Shown: piece after piece, positions 53,069 through 62,267 of the stretch
Layout: every line of letters starts with the position of its first letter
How positions within the stretch are numbered: the stretch's first letter is position 1
Virus record (IMG/VR): IMGVR_UViG_3300030419_005456
Coordinates: 1-64,000 of that record
Source of the DNA: a virus
DNA length: 64,000 nucleotides
Strand: one strand, 5' to 3'
Notes under the pieces: model-generated
Told to the model about the DNA's origin: nothing
The model's database searches: none
The model's input: the letters and a program-made list of their open reading frames with translations, nothing else
Made by a program: the position numbers and the translations under genes

Positions 53069-53655
53069 CTTCTTGTAACCTTTGCTAACCTCAGATGTAT
53101 GTCATTCTTTTCAACAATCTCAAGAGGGTCAAGCCTTTCGACATTGTATCCATCGTCTTTTTCCAAGCTGTCAATCAAATTCTTGCATCCAAAATCATCT
53201 CTGTTTTCGTAGTAATCGTCAAATATAACAACCGTTTCTCTGTCCATTAGATGTTTGACATACCCCCAGTCGCTAGCGATTGTTTCTACTGAATGTCCCC
53301 CGTCAATGAATACAAAATCTATGAATCTATCTGGCGAAAACTTTTTTAGCGTGTTTTTTGTGTTACCGACATGGAGCTTATTGTTTATACCCGCTTTGTC
53401 TAGTCTCAGTTTTGTCTTTCCGAGTTTGGCTGATCTTTTTCCGTTAAATTCTGACTCCATAAATTCCTTGTCGCCCCAATCAAAAATATCAAAGCCGTAA
53501 TAAAAAACATCATCGTTTCGTCCGACGTGTTTTTTTGCTTCATTTACCATGTGAATCGCACTGTTTCCACAATGTGTCCCAATTTCCAATATGGTTTTGG
53601 GCTTTCTTTTGGCCACTTCTTCAATTAGCGTTACATATCGCCCACGTAGTGCCAT
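53065..53655 (-). CDS. Class I SAM-dependent methyltransferase (Methyltransf_24-like)
   Basis: ILEIGT..G.SA, YYGFDIF, DFVFIDGGHS.ET, VIFDDY. Confidence 0.85.
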   Translation of the reverse strand: MALRGRYVTLIEEVAKRKPKTILEIGTHCGNSAIHMVNEAKKHVGRNDDVFYYGFDIFDWGDKEFMESEFNGKRSAKLGKTKLRLDKAGINNKLHVGNTKNTLKKFSPDRFIDFVFIDGGHSVETIASDWGYVKHLMDRETVVIFDDYYENRDDFGCKNLIDSLEKDDGYNVERLDPLEIVEKNDIHLRLAKVTRR

Positions 53656-54380
53656 GCTTCACCTGACCTTATTTCTTCTAGAGTCCATTGTTGATAAGCT
53701 AAGTTTTTAAAAAATCTTCTATCCATAGGTGGATTTTCTATATCCTCAATTTTACCTAAAGTTCTAGCGGGATTTGTGAATATCACTGGAACCCCTTTAA
53801 CTAAAGCGTCAATTCCTGCGTTGGAATGGTCTGTGACCAAGGCCCAAGCGTTTTTTATTGCGCTTTCTATAGGATTGTCGTATTTGCTAGATACCACAAT
53901 TTTCCTATCGGTATGTTTTTTTAGTTCTGATATTGTTGACCTGAGCCACCCCTCTAACCCCAAGAATTCCTCCATGTATTCTGAAGGTGGAACAACTACA
54001 ATATGATCTCCGTTTTTTCTCCAATCCTTTAAGCTTATATTGAAGCTTTTAAATCTATCCTCTGGGTAATTTCCTTTTCCGTTATGCCATAAGCTATTAT
54101 GGGTTATCCTGTAATAGCCATCATACATTTCTGGTAAGGTAGATCGCAAAAAGTACCCATGATCTATATGCCAATAATCCCTAGCCCTGTTTATACCTTC
54201 TCCTGCACCACGAAGTATTCCGTAGCTGGCAACACGAGGAATGATAGCGCCAATGGTTGCCATCATTTGCAATTTGCTAATATGTATAATCTCGCCTCCA
54301 CACCCATCAGAAAACGCTTTTCCTACAACCTTGCTTCTTTCGTGGGTTGTAATGATTGTTTTCGGTGGAGACACCTTCAT
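53631..54380 (-). CDS. KpsS/KpsC-like GT-B glycosyltransferase, paralog 2
   Basis: IDHGY, WRKNGDHI, HTDRKI, AWALVT..SNAGIDA..GVPV, LAYQQWTLEEI.SG.AW. Confidence 0.6.
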   Translation of the reverse strand: MKVSPPKTIITTHERSKVVGKAFSDGCGGEIIHISKLQMMATIGAIIPRVASYGILRGAGEGINRARDYWHIDHGYFLRSTLPEMYDGYYRITHNSLWHNGKGNYPEDRFKSFNISLKDWRKNGDHIVVVPPSEYMEEFLGLEGWLRSTISELKKHTDRKIVVSSKYDNPIESAIKNAWALVTDHSNAGIDALVKGVPVIFTNPARTLGKIEDIENPPMDRRFFKNLAYQQWTLEEIRSGEAWHYVGDM

Positions 54381-54381
54381 T

Positions 54382-55158
54382 CTACTCAGGATTAATCGAC
54401 CCTTTCATGCTGGGAAGGCCGTGTTTTTTCCAATGTATGCCTTTGTTGTGGAATATATAATCGGCAAATGGTCCATACTCAACCACGTTGCTTTCGTGAC
54501 AGTTGGCAACATCTCTGGTCGGGATTTGGGGGTTTTCTTCCACAACTTTTCTAAATACGTACCCATCGTCCCATCGTAAATATTCTCTAAACTCACCGCT
54601 TCTAAACTTATTGATCACTAAACCCAGAATAACGGCTCCCATTTCTTTTAGATTAAATCCGATTATGCCAGATTCTATACCGGTGTTGGATTCCCTTCTG
54701 TAGCTTCCCAGATGATAAAACATGGAAGCACCGTCAAAAATCTTATCTATGTTTTCTGCTGGTAGTTTTTTAGTGAAGATTGTGTCCGAGTCTATAAAGA
54801 TGATGGCGTCATACTCGTGTTTATAATCAAGAGCCTTATTCAGGGCTACTATTTTTCTAAACCACTGAGAAGCTCTATTGTTAAACTTTTGAGCTTTACC
54901 ATATTCTCCCTCAAATTTTCCACCAAGAAAGGTAGGTATAATATCTTCGTTTTCTTTGAGCCATTGAGCTAACCACTCGTCTTGCTCTAAATTATAGAAG
55001 ATAAACTTTCTATGCTTCGGTATTTCCTCGTCAATACCATCTTCGTATGTAATCAAAAGATCTCCTTCTGTTTTGTTAAAAACAAAGGACTCTATCATTT
55101 TCTTACCAGTAGCTTCGTAAAGCTTTTTGTTAAACGATGTTACATATAATGTTTTCAT
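54382..55158 (-). CDS. GT-A glycosyltransferase
   Basis: VTSFN..Y, RKIVAL, IIFIDSDT (DxD), ESGIIGFN, WDDGYVF, HNKG. Confidence 0.75.
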   Translation of the reverse strand: MKTLYVTSFNKKLYEATGKKMIESFVFNKTEGDLLITYEDGIDEEIPKHRKFIFYNLEQDEWLAQWLKENEDIIPTFLGGKFEGEYGKAQKFNNRASQWFRKIVALNKALDYKHEYDAIIFIDSDTIFTKKLPAENIDKIFDGASMFYHLGSYRRESNTGIESGIIGFNLKEMGAVILGLVINKFRSGEFREYLRWDDGYVFRKVVEENPQIPTRDVANCHESNVVEYGPFADYIFHNKGIHWKKHGLPSMKGSINPE

Positions 55159-55165
55159 TTTGTCC

Positions 55166-55834
55166 TCAAAAAGAGTAGAGCATAAGGCATTTGTTTTTTA
55201 GGATTATGCGACTAGCTCCGAGAGCTTCCATAAGGTCACAGCATCGGTCTTTGTCTTCGTTAATTTCAAATACCACTACGGGCTTATTTTTCTTCAGGGT
55301 TTCTATAGCCCCTTTGAGAACCCTTAGTTCGTGACCTTGGGTGTCAATTTTAATTAGTCCAACATTATCAAAATCGTGAGAGTCCAACGTTCTTACAGCT
55401 ACCACATCATCCGGGCCAAACACTCGATTCTTTAGTCTGGCATTGTAGGTTATCATGCAGTCTCCACAATTTTTTACGCTTTCAACCATATATCCAGTTG
55501 AATTTCTATCTGATAGCCCGTGCGTAAAAATATCTACATTGTTTATCGTTTCAAGATTTTTATTTAGGCACTCTAGGTTTTTTTGAACAGGTTCAAAGGC
55601 ATGAACTTTTTTAAATAACTGAGAGAGAGGTCTGCTCCATATACCTACGTTCGCTCCGACATCAACAAAAGCCCCAAAGTTGGTGACATGGCCCATTGCA
55701 GCTTCCCTAACTTTTCTTTCGTAGTATAGGTCTGTATGCATTGGGTTGGAATTTGGCTTCTTGTGTTCTAGTATCTTTTTTGTGATGAGTTCATCACCGT
55801 CAGGAACTGACCATACTTCATTTAGTGCTTGCAT
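55166..55834 (-). CDS. FkbM-family methyltransferase
   Basis: VDVGANVG.W, AFEP, LIKIDTQGHE..VLKGA, PVVVFE. Confidence 0.9.
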   Translation of the reverse strand: MQALNEVWSVPDGDELITKKILEHKKPNSNPMHTDLYYERKVREAAMGHVTNFGAFVDVGANVGIWSRPLSQLFKKVHAFEPVQKNLECLNKNLETINNVDIFTHGLSDRNSTGYMVESVKNCGDCMITYNARLKNRVFGPDDVVAVRTLDSHDFDNVGLIKIDTQGHELRVLKGAIETLKKNKPVVVFEINEDKDRCCDLMEALGASRIILKNKCLMLYSF

Positions 55835-56795
55835 TAATTTGTTTCCTTAATCTTTGCCAAGGTAACCCTTCTTTCATTTCCGCAAGGGACCATTCGGCAT
55901 ATGATATATCATATAACCATTGTTTTCTATTTGGCTTGCCTATTTTCTCTATCTTTTTAATACTGTGTTCAGCAACATCGTAAGCCAAGCAAATAGGGTC
56001 TTCAGTTATTACTGGAATACCATTAAATACAGCGTCAACCGCTCCATTTGACGTTCTTGTTATGGCGCACCAAGCATTTTTTAAGTCCTCTTTAATCGGA
56101 ACTTTTGTGGCGTCGGTGATTGTTATATCACTTACGTCTTCGGGTGGTCTGATCCTATTTCTTATTTCCTTGTCGCCTATAGGGTGTGTTCTAAAAACAA
56201 TCGGCCTGTCTGTATATTCTCTAACCCTTTTAACTAGGTTGTGGTAGTAATCCGTTGGGTCTGTCCAGAGATTAGACATTGGGTCGCTTTCAGTACCTAC
56301 ATGAGACAGGCCAGCACCATAATGTGTTTGACCGATAATCAGAATGTGGTCTCCCGAAGTTCGCCACTCCTTGATTCTAATTTTTCTTTTTTGAAACCTG
56401 TCACTGGGGCTATTTTCGTTGTAGAAATTTGCTCCGCGTTTGATTCCATCAACACCAATAGCAAAATACCTTTGATGTGTATCTTTTTTGCGATTGTCTT
56501 CTAAAATTCCACAATCTAATATTATCCTTTGCTTATTCATTTCTATCTGTTTGTTTTTTATAACAACTCTTAGATAGCCTTCTTCAGCCATTCCAGCCGG
56601 ATCGGAATGAAAACAAAGAGATTCGTATCTAGTAACTTCAGCTACTTGAAAAGATGTGTCACAATGTTCTAATTTGTGAATGTCGTCTTTACATTTTATA
56701 TGCTCTACTTCGTCTCCAGAACTAACCACACCTTCAGTGAAGGAATTCATTATGTCTTCCAATCCCCTTTTTGTGTGACATATAGCAACTTTCAT
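55818..56795 (-). CDS. KpsS/KpsC-like GT-B glycosyltransferase, paralog 3
   Basis: WRTSGDHILI, YTDRPIVFRTHP, AWCAIT..SNGAVDA..GIPV, ISYAEWSLAEM.EG..W. Confidence 0.6.
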   Translation of the reverse strand: MKVAICHTKRGLEDIMNSFTEGVVSSGDEVEHIKCKDDIHKLEHCDTSFQVAEVTRYESLCFHSDPAGMAEEGYLRVVIKNKQIEMNKQRIILDCGILEDNRKKDTHQRYFAIGVDGIKRGANFYNENSPSDRFQKRKIRIKEWRTSGDHILIIGQTHYGAGLSHVGTESDPMSNLWTDPTDYYHNLVKRVREYTDRPIVFRTHPIGDKEIRNRIRPPEDVSDITITDATKVPIKEDLKNAWCAITRTSNGAVDAVFNGIPVITEDPICLAYDVAEHSIKKIEKIGKPNRKQWLYDISYAEWSLAEMKEGLPWQRLRKQINASTK

Positions 56796-57496
56796 GCAAT
56801 CGCTTCCTTCTCTTTAATTTCTTTGAGGGCTTCTAGCCACTCTTCTGCATAATCGCAGTCTTGGTAATTTTCAAACCACGGACCACCATTTGTGTAATGA
56901 ACAACGGCTGGGATTGTTTCTGGTTTGTCATACTCCCCTTCAAGCCAATTCCACTCTAGGGGCAGACTGCCTATTTCTTCGTCCTCTAGCCATGAAAATC
57001 TGTGCAAAAAAGCTCCTGTCGCATTGCTGGCCTGATATGGTCCGATAATTTTATTCTTTGGGTGTCCACAATTCCACAAAACGCAACTCGACCAGTTTTT
57101 CCTTGGGTACGCAACCTGTTTTTGTCCATCCATTTTTACCATTGTTCTTGGGACATAATCGTGCTGAACACACATGACGGCGTACTTATCATCAGCCATA
57201 GCAAACAGTTCTGAAATATCTTTCGAGAACATAAAATCACAGTCTACAAATAAAGCCCATCCTTCATAGTTGCAAAGATATGGAACAAGGAATCTTGTGT
57301 AGGTAAATTCTACAGAAGCCCCTTCTCCCGGTTTATCATCCGTTCGACTGTAAAGCCCCGCTTTTCTTACATCTTCTTGCTTGATTGGGTAGACTTCCAA
57401 ATTTTCCGAAGAACAGTGTTTGGCAAGCGTGTGCTGGGCTACTTTGTAGGCATCTACCTCTCTGGAATCCCATCCTATAAAAACCTTCATTCCCAT
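56792..57496 (-). CDS. GT8-like glycosyltransferase (CDI-like)
   Basis: VFIGWDSRE, SVEFTYTRF, ALFVDCDF, YPRKNWSS, LHRFSW, HYTNGGPW. Confidence 0.85.
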   Translation of the reverse strand: MGMKVFIGWDSREVDAYKVAQHTLAKHCSSENLEVYPIKQEDVRKAGLYSRTDDKPGEGASVEFTYTRFLVPYLCNYEGWALFVDCDFMFSKDISELFAMADDKYAVMCVQHDYVPRTMVKMDGQKQVAYPRKNWSSCVLWNCGHPKNKIIGPYQASNATGAFLHRFSWLEDEEIGSLPLEWNWLEGEYDKPETIPAVVHYTNGGPWFENYQDCDYAEEWLEALKEIKEKEAIA

Positions 57497-58866
57497 CGTC
57501 TCCTATCAAGAAAAAGCTGTAAATCTTCTGGAGTACCCAAACCCCACATTTTTTCTATGTCGAATGTTTTTATCTTTTTTCCGTCTTCAATTGCTTCATT
57601 GAAAACTGGACATACATAAAATTCATTATTGACCCGTTTATTCTTTTGTATCATCTGTTCAGCATATTTTACATAATCACTACCTTTAGACCAATAATAA
57701 ATGCCAACAGTTGCCTTGTTACTAATTGGCTTTTTCTCAGCCACCTCGGTAACAAAACCATCTTTATCTAACTTAGCAAAGCTCCATTTTGGGTGTACCG
57801 ATTCAAATGTTAATATGCCGCCATCAACACCATCGGCTTGCATTGAGTAGAGAAACTCCCCGCTTACCCATTCAACAAATTGGTCTGAATTTGCCGTTAG
57901 TAAAGGTTGGTCGTTATCTATAAACTCTTTTGCTAGCAATGTTGTACATGCAGCACCCTCTGTCAATCCGTCAACCTGAACTATTTTGCAGTTTGGCGTG
58001 ATTAGATTAAGAAGGTACTGTAGATTATATTTGTCGTAGTGGTCTTTTTGCACTATGTAAATATATTCTGCCTCTATGCCAAGATTTTCAACAACCGTTT
58101 GAATCATTGGCTTTCCATTTACCTCGATCAAAGGTTTTGGAAATGTATATCCAGCTTGCTCAAATCTAGATCCAGCCCCAGCCATGGGTATTAATACTTT
58201 CATGTTTCCACCTTGCCATTTGCGTTTTGTGATTACGCCCTCTGCTTCATCTATAGCCCTGTTTATGTTTTCGAGGTTTACATCTTTTAATCCTTGAACC
58301 CCTAAAAGATGCCCGCCAGACTCACGCGCGGCTTCCCTGCCTATCTTGGAGTCTTCGATAATAAGGGTTTCTTTTGGTTTAACCCTCGCCTCAACCATGC
58401 ACCTTAGATAGATTTCAGGATGTGGTTTTGGATGTCCCACGTCTTGGTTAGAAAAATACTCATCAATATGATCTAAATAACCCGCCCTCAGTAACATTAA
58501 TTGCATGCTAGAGCGTATGGAGTTAGACGCACAGTAAACTTTATAACCCCTACTCTTTAGTCCACGCAAAACGGAAACGATTCTTTTGTGGTCATGTGAA
58601 TTAACTCGCTCTTTGATAATGTCGTGTGTGTATTCTTGCTTTTTGTTGTAAATCTCAGTAAAAAACTCCTGCGGCAGACCTTTCTCGTCTTTGAGAATAA
58701 GCATTTTCTTTCCGGTGGAAAGACCATCATACTTAGCTAAATGCTCTTCTCTTGAGATTACGTACTTTTCATCTATAGACGCCAACGCCCTATTAAAGGC
58801 GTCGTAATGAAAATCACGAGCCTCTACTAAAACTCCATCTAAATCAAAAACTATCAGCTTAATCAT
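57487..58866 (-). CDS. HAD phosphatase fused to BcbE-like sugar nucleotidyltransferase
   Basis: FDLDGVL, KPHPEIY, IEDS..G (HAD); IPMAGAGSRF..PKPLI, TEGAACT, NNEFYV.P, GLGTPEDL. Confidence 0.85.
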   Translation of the reverse strand: MIKLIVFDLDGVLVEARDFHYDAFNRALASIDEKYVISREEHLAKYDGLSTGKKMLILKDEKGLPQEFFTEIYNKKQEYTHDIIKERVNSHDHKRIVSVLRGLKSRGYKVYCASNSIRSSMQLMLLRAGYLDHIDEYFSNQDVGHPKPHPEIYLRCMVEARVKPKETLIIEDSKIGREAARESGGHLLGVQGLKDVNLENINRAIDEAEGVITKRKWQGGNMKVLIPMAGAGSRFEQAGYTFPKPLIEVNGKPMIQTVVENLGIEAEYIYIVQKDHYDKYNLQYLLNLITPNCKIVQVDGLTEGAACTTLLAKEFIDNDQPLLTANSDQFVEWVSGEFLYSMQADGVDGGILTFESVHPKWSFAKLDKDGFVTEVAEKKPISNKATVGIYYWSKGSDYVKYAEQMIQKNKRVNNEFYVCPVFNEAIEDGKKIKTFDIEKMWGLGTPEDLQLFLDRRRWE

Positions 58867-59564
58867 GAATAACGTTTGCCTCTTAACTTCATCGGAAAAT
58901 CTATTCTTTTTACTGGTATATTTTCTTTAGTTAAATGATACTTTAACAAGTGTTCTGGATGCACCATTTGGCCGAAGTGTGCGTTTGCATATACAGGAAC
59001 ATAGTGATACAAAGACATATAAGTGGTCATTAATTCTTTAGACCCAAAAGCAAAAGAATCCTGATAACCATCTCTTCCGTCTGTCCCATAAGGTATTACT
59101 AAATTTTCGCTGTTTAAATCTTCGTCGGTAATTTTTCTGTCATAAGTAATTTCTGTTCTACACCTAAAAACAACATCGTATTCATCTACTGAATTCTTCG
59201 GCAATAAGCCAAGGCATTTTGAGTTTGTGTAAAGCATGCACATCATGCGCTCCACGCTAGTTTCGGGAGCTTTGTTCTCTCTGAGGTAACTTCTTTTAGC
59301 CAGAAGATCTCGAACAACCTCCAAGTACTTGTCACAAGATGTAAAATGATAACCTGCCGGTTTGTATAAATCTAGAAATTCTTCTTCTGTTCCATTTTCA
59401 GAAAATCTCTGGGTTACGTTGTCCTTTTGAAAGTTGCTGGGTGAGAATTTCCACGCATAAACATATACGTCTGCATTTGTAGGACGAATGATATTCTCAA
59501 ACAGGGACTCGTAGCAATCTTTAAAGTTTCTAAGCTGTCCCGATAAACAAACTGCTGCTCTCAT
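58863..59564 (-). CDS. Putative glycosyltransferase-like protein
   Basis: AAVCLSGQLR, YDVVFRCR.E, D.FAFG, HPE.LL..HL: a family common in surface-glycan loci. Confidence 0.6.
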   Translation of the reverse strand: MRAAVCLSGQLRNFKDCYESLFENIIRPTNADVYVYAWKFSPSNFQKDNVTQRFSENGTEEEFLDLYKPAGYHFTSCDKYLEVVRDLLAKRSYLRENKAPETSVERMMCMLYTNSKCLGLLPKNSVDEYDVVFRCRTEITYDRKITDEDLNSENLVIPYGTDGRDGYQDSFAFGSKELMTTYMSLYHYVPVYANAHFGQMVHPEHLLKYHLTKENIPVKRIDFPMKLRGKRYS

Positions 59565-60262
59565 AGCTTCTTTCTTGGTGTAATACCTTGTTCACAATTG
59601 CTAAAGATACCTTTGTCGTGAATGATTTTAGGTATCACATAAAAGGAATTGATTTCATGGTGCATGCCGTTTAATTGTGAATCAATTGGATTGATAGGAT
59701 CTAGTTCTAGAATTTTGTTGAACATGCCTCTTCTAATAATCACCCCGTGTAGGCCACCGCATGTAAAGTGAGCTTCCGAAACTTTGCCAACAGAAATGCT
59801 TCCGTGTTCGTTGTATAATCTTTCCGCAGTTAGATTCCACTCGTCATCAGCCTCTCCTATCCACCAGCCGAGAAATAAAATGTCGTATGGCAAGGAATCA
59901 ATATTTGTTTGTTTATCAAGTTTTTCCAGTACGTCGTCAAATCTTTCTGTAAAATAAGCGTCATCCTCTAGTAAAAGAATACTATTAAGCCCGTCTTCTT
60001 TGGCTTTTTGGATTATGGCTTGATGGGACATAAAGGCGTTGTAGTGGTTAATCTTTGTAACTTCGTTTCCGTAGCTCCAATTTTCCACTGGAGGGTTTGG
60101 GTCGTCTACCCTATCGTATTCTGATGCGTCTAGCGTTTTGCCATCTCCAACCACAAACCTTTCAAACTCAAGACCTTTAGCGAGACATTGCTTTTCTAAG
60201 TCGAGCCACTCTTCTTTTCTTTTGTCTAAACATAAACAAACAGCTTTATCTATTCCGAGCAT
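59561..60262 (-). CDS. GT25-family glycosyltransferase
   Basis: CL.LDKR, FMSH..I..AK, ILLLEDDA, DILFLG, PIDSQL. Confidence 0.8.
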   Translation of the reverse strand: MLGIDKAVCLCLDKRKEEWLDLEKQCLAKGLEFERFVVGDGKTLDASEYDRVDDPNPPVENWSYGNEVTKINHYNAFMSHQAIIQKAKEDGLNSILLLEDDAYFTERFDDVLEKLDKQTNIDSLPYDILFLGWWIGEADDEWNLTAERLYNEHGSISVGKVSEAHFTCGGLHGVIIRRGMFNKILELDPINPIDSQLNGMHHEINSFYVIPKIIHDKGIFSNCEQGITPRKKL

Positions 60263-61308
60263 TTTTTCATTTCACTTAAAAAATATTTGGCCATAGCTTC
60301 TGTAGTCAGATGCTTTTCTGTATACTCTCTAAATCTTTTTAAGAGAGAGGTGTATTCATAGAAGTCAAAGTTCTTTCTGTCTATATAGCCCCTATCCTCT
60401 CCCGGCAGTATCTGCTTAGACGTTCCTATAAAGGTATCTTTTTGAGGGTTATAAGGTCTAATTGTACCGGGGTGTAAACCACTGAGCTTTTTCGCTTCAA
60501 CACACAGGTCTTTTGGAAAGTTAAAAAGTGTGTTTGTGGGGCATTTTTCTATGTCTGTAAAATATGGTATAGAACCGCAAGCAAGTATCTCATAGTGCCT
60601 CATACAGTCCCAACCGGCCTGCATGTCATCTTCTCTGGCTTTTTTGCAGGTATAGGCAAAGTAGCTTTGCGAATACATGTCATAATATGAATCTTCGGTG
60701 TCATATATATAGGTTTTTTGATGGGGGTCATCAAAGTGCATGTAGGCAGGAACTAGAGGAGCAAAATCAAACTGTCTTGTAAATGCCTCTTCCTCTCTTA
60801 TTTTTTCTTTAGGTAGAGAAAAGGAAATAGGTTTAGCTATTGAAGAGTATTGCTCCGCAAGTTCTCTTTTAAAGTAAACGCCGAGAGAAGCAAGTTTCGC
60901 ATTAATCGGTTGTCTATCCCAACCATCTACGATGGCGACTTGTTTTTTGTCGTAATAGCTCAGTATTGATAGAATTGTTGCTGTAGTGCTATTAGGATTA
61001 TTTATCTCCGTATGATGTATTGGGCATACGATCATATCATAATACTTGTTTCTTATCTTGCCCCCTATATCATCTCTATCCACTTCGAGATCCGGCAATA
61101 GGCCATAAGTAGTAAAACCCTTGCCCCATAGATCCTTTAATTTATTATCGTCAGCATCGTCGTAAAGATGCCACAGTTTGGCACAATCTACTACATCTTC
61201 CCCAAGAAGAGACCTAAGACCATGAAACAACGTATCTGACTGATAGTCTCCAACATTTTTTGAGTTTAAATTACACTCATATATGATTGGGCAATATAGA
61301 ATTTTCAT
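60250..61308 (-). CDS. Putative GT-B glycosyltransferase
   Basis: DYQSD..FHGL, WGKGFT.Y, YFKRE, Y..Y..S.FA.T.KK, GWDCMRHYEILACG.IPYF. Confidence 0.7.
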   Translation of the reverse strand: MKILYCPIIYECNLNSKNVGDYQSDTLFHGLRSLLGEDVVDCAKLWHLYDDADDNKLKDLWGKGFTTYGLLPDLEVDRDDIGGKIRNKYYDMIVCPIHHTEINNPNSTTATILSILSYYDKKQVAIVDGWDRQPINAKLASLGVYFKRELAEQYSSIAKPISFSLPKEKIREEEAFTRQFDFAPLVPAYMHFDDPHQKTYIYDTEDSYYDMYSQSYFAYTCKKAREDDMQAGWDCMRHYEILACGSIPYFTDIEKCPTNTLFNFPKDLCVEAKKLSGLHPGTIRPYNPQKDTFIGTSKQILPGEDRGYIDRKNFDFYEYTSLLKRFREYTEKHLTTEAMAKYFLSEMKKCSE

Positions 61309-62267
61309 TTTTCTTTACTTACTATGTCGGTTATAACGTCTTTAGAGTTAGGAAACTTTGGCTTCCAGCCTATAGATTTTAGCTTGGAATTATCAACCTT
61401 GATGATTTTATTATCACCCTTCCAAGTTGATTCTTCCCCAAGCCATTTTAGAGGTTTTTGTATCTGTAATCCATCCATAACAGCTTCGGCCACCTGTTCT
61501 ATATTTATGGAATCATCAGGTACAACATTGTATTCTTCATATTGTTCCAAATCAGATCCCGCCAGTAAAACTAAAGCTTCTAGTAAATCCTCTATGTGGC
61601 AAAAGGGTTTATTTGAACCGGGGTAGCTTCCCAAAACTTCTAGATATGGATTTTCACTACGTAGCTTTCTAATAAAGTCTTTAACTACGCCGTGAGTTAA
61701 CCCACCACCAACCGTGGCACAAAGTCTGGCAGAAGCCGCCTTAATTCTTCCCATGTTGGCATATGTTTCCAAGATGCTCTCAGAAGCCCTTTTTGTCATC
61801 CCGTAAACAGAAGTCGGACGAGTGTTATGCTTTTCTTTGTAGATGAGATTATCTGGAGAACGATCAGAATTAAATAACCAGTCGCCGTAAACAATTACGG
61901 AAGAGGCCAGTACGACCTTACAGCCTTCAGGAGCGTAATGAGCCACTTTTTGGGTGCTAACCATATTATCTAATATGATTTGATGTGGATTTTCCTCGTC
62001 TATTTTTACTAAAGGGTTGCTAGCTAAATGAAATATTACTTCTGGCTTATGTTCTTTACACAGATTTTCAAAGTTAAAGTATGTGTACCTAGATTGATCC
62101 GTTTCTCCCAAGTCTATGGCGTAATGTCTTTGTTCTACCCTTCTGTCCCTTTTGTTAACTAGTATTGGTCTGCGGGATAGGGTTATGACATCGTGGCCAA
62201 GTAGTCTTAGTTTGACAACTAAATGACTACCTATAAAACCTGTTGCACCTGTAACGAGTATTTTCAT
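61305..62267 (-). CDS. NAD-dependent epimerase (UDP-glucose 4-epimerase-like)
   Basis: TGATGFIG, HLASNP, ASS..VYG, YGMTK, THGVV.DF, W.GD. Confidence 0.85.
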   Translation of the reverse strand: MKILVTGATGFIGSHLVVKLRLLGHDVITLSRRPILVNKRDRRVEQRHYAIDLGETDQSRYTYFNFENLCKEHKPEVIFHLASNPLVKIDEENPHQIILDNMVSTQKVAHYAPEGCKVVLASSVIVYGDWLFNSDRSPDNLIYKEKHNTRPTSVYGMTKRASESILETYANMGRIKAASARLCATVGGGLTHGVVKDFIRKLRSENPYLEVLGSYPGSNKPFCHIEDLLEALVLLAGSDLEQYEEYNVVPDDSINIEQVAEAVMDGLQIQKPLKWLGEESTWKGDNKIIKVDNSKLKSIGWKPKFPNSKDVITDIVSKEK

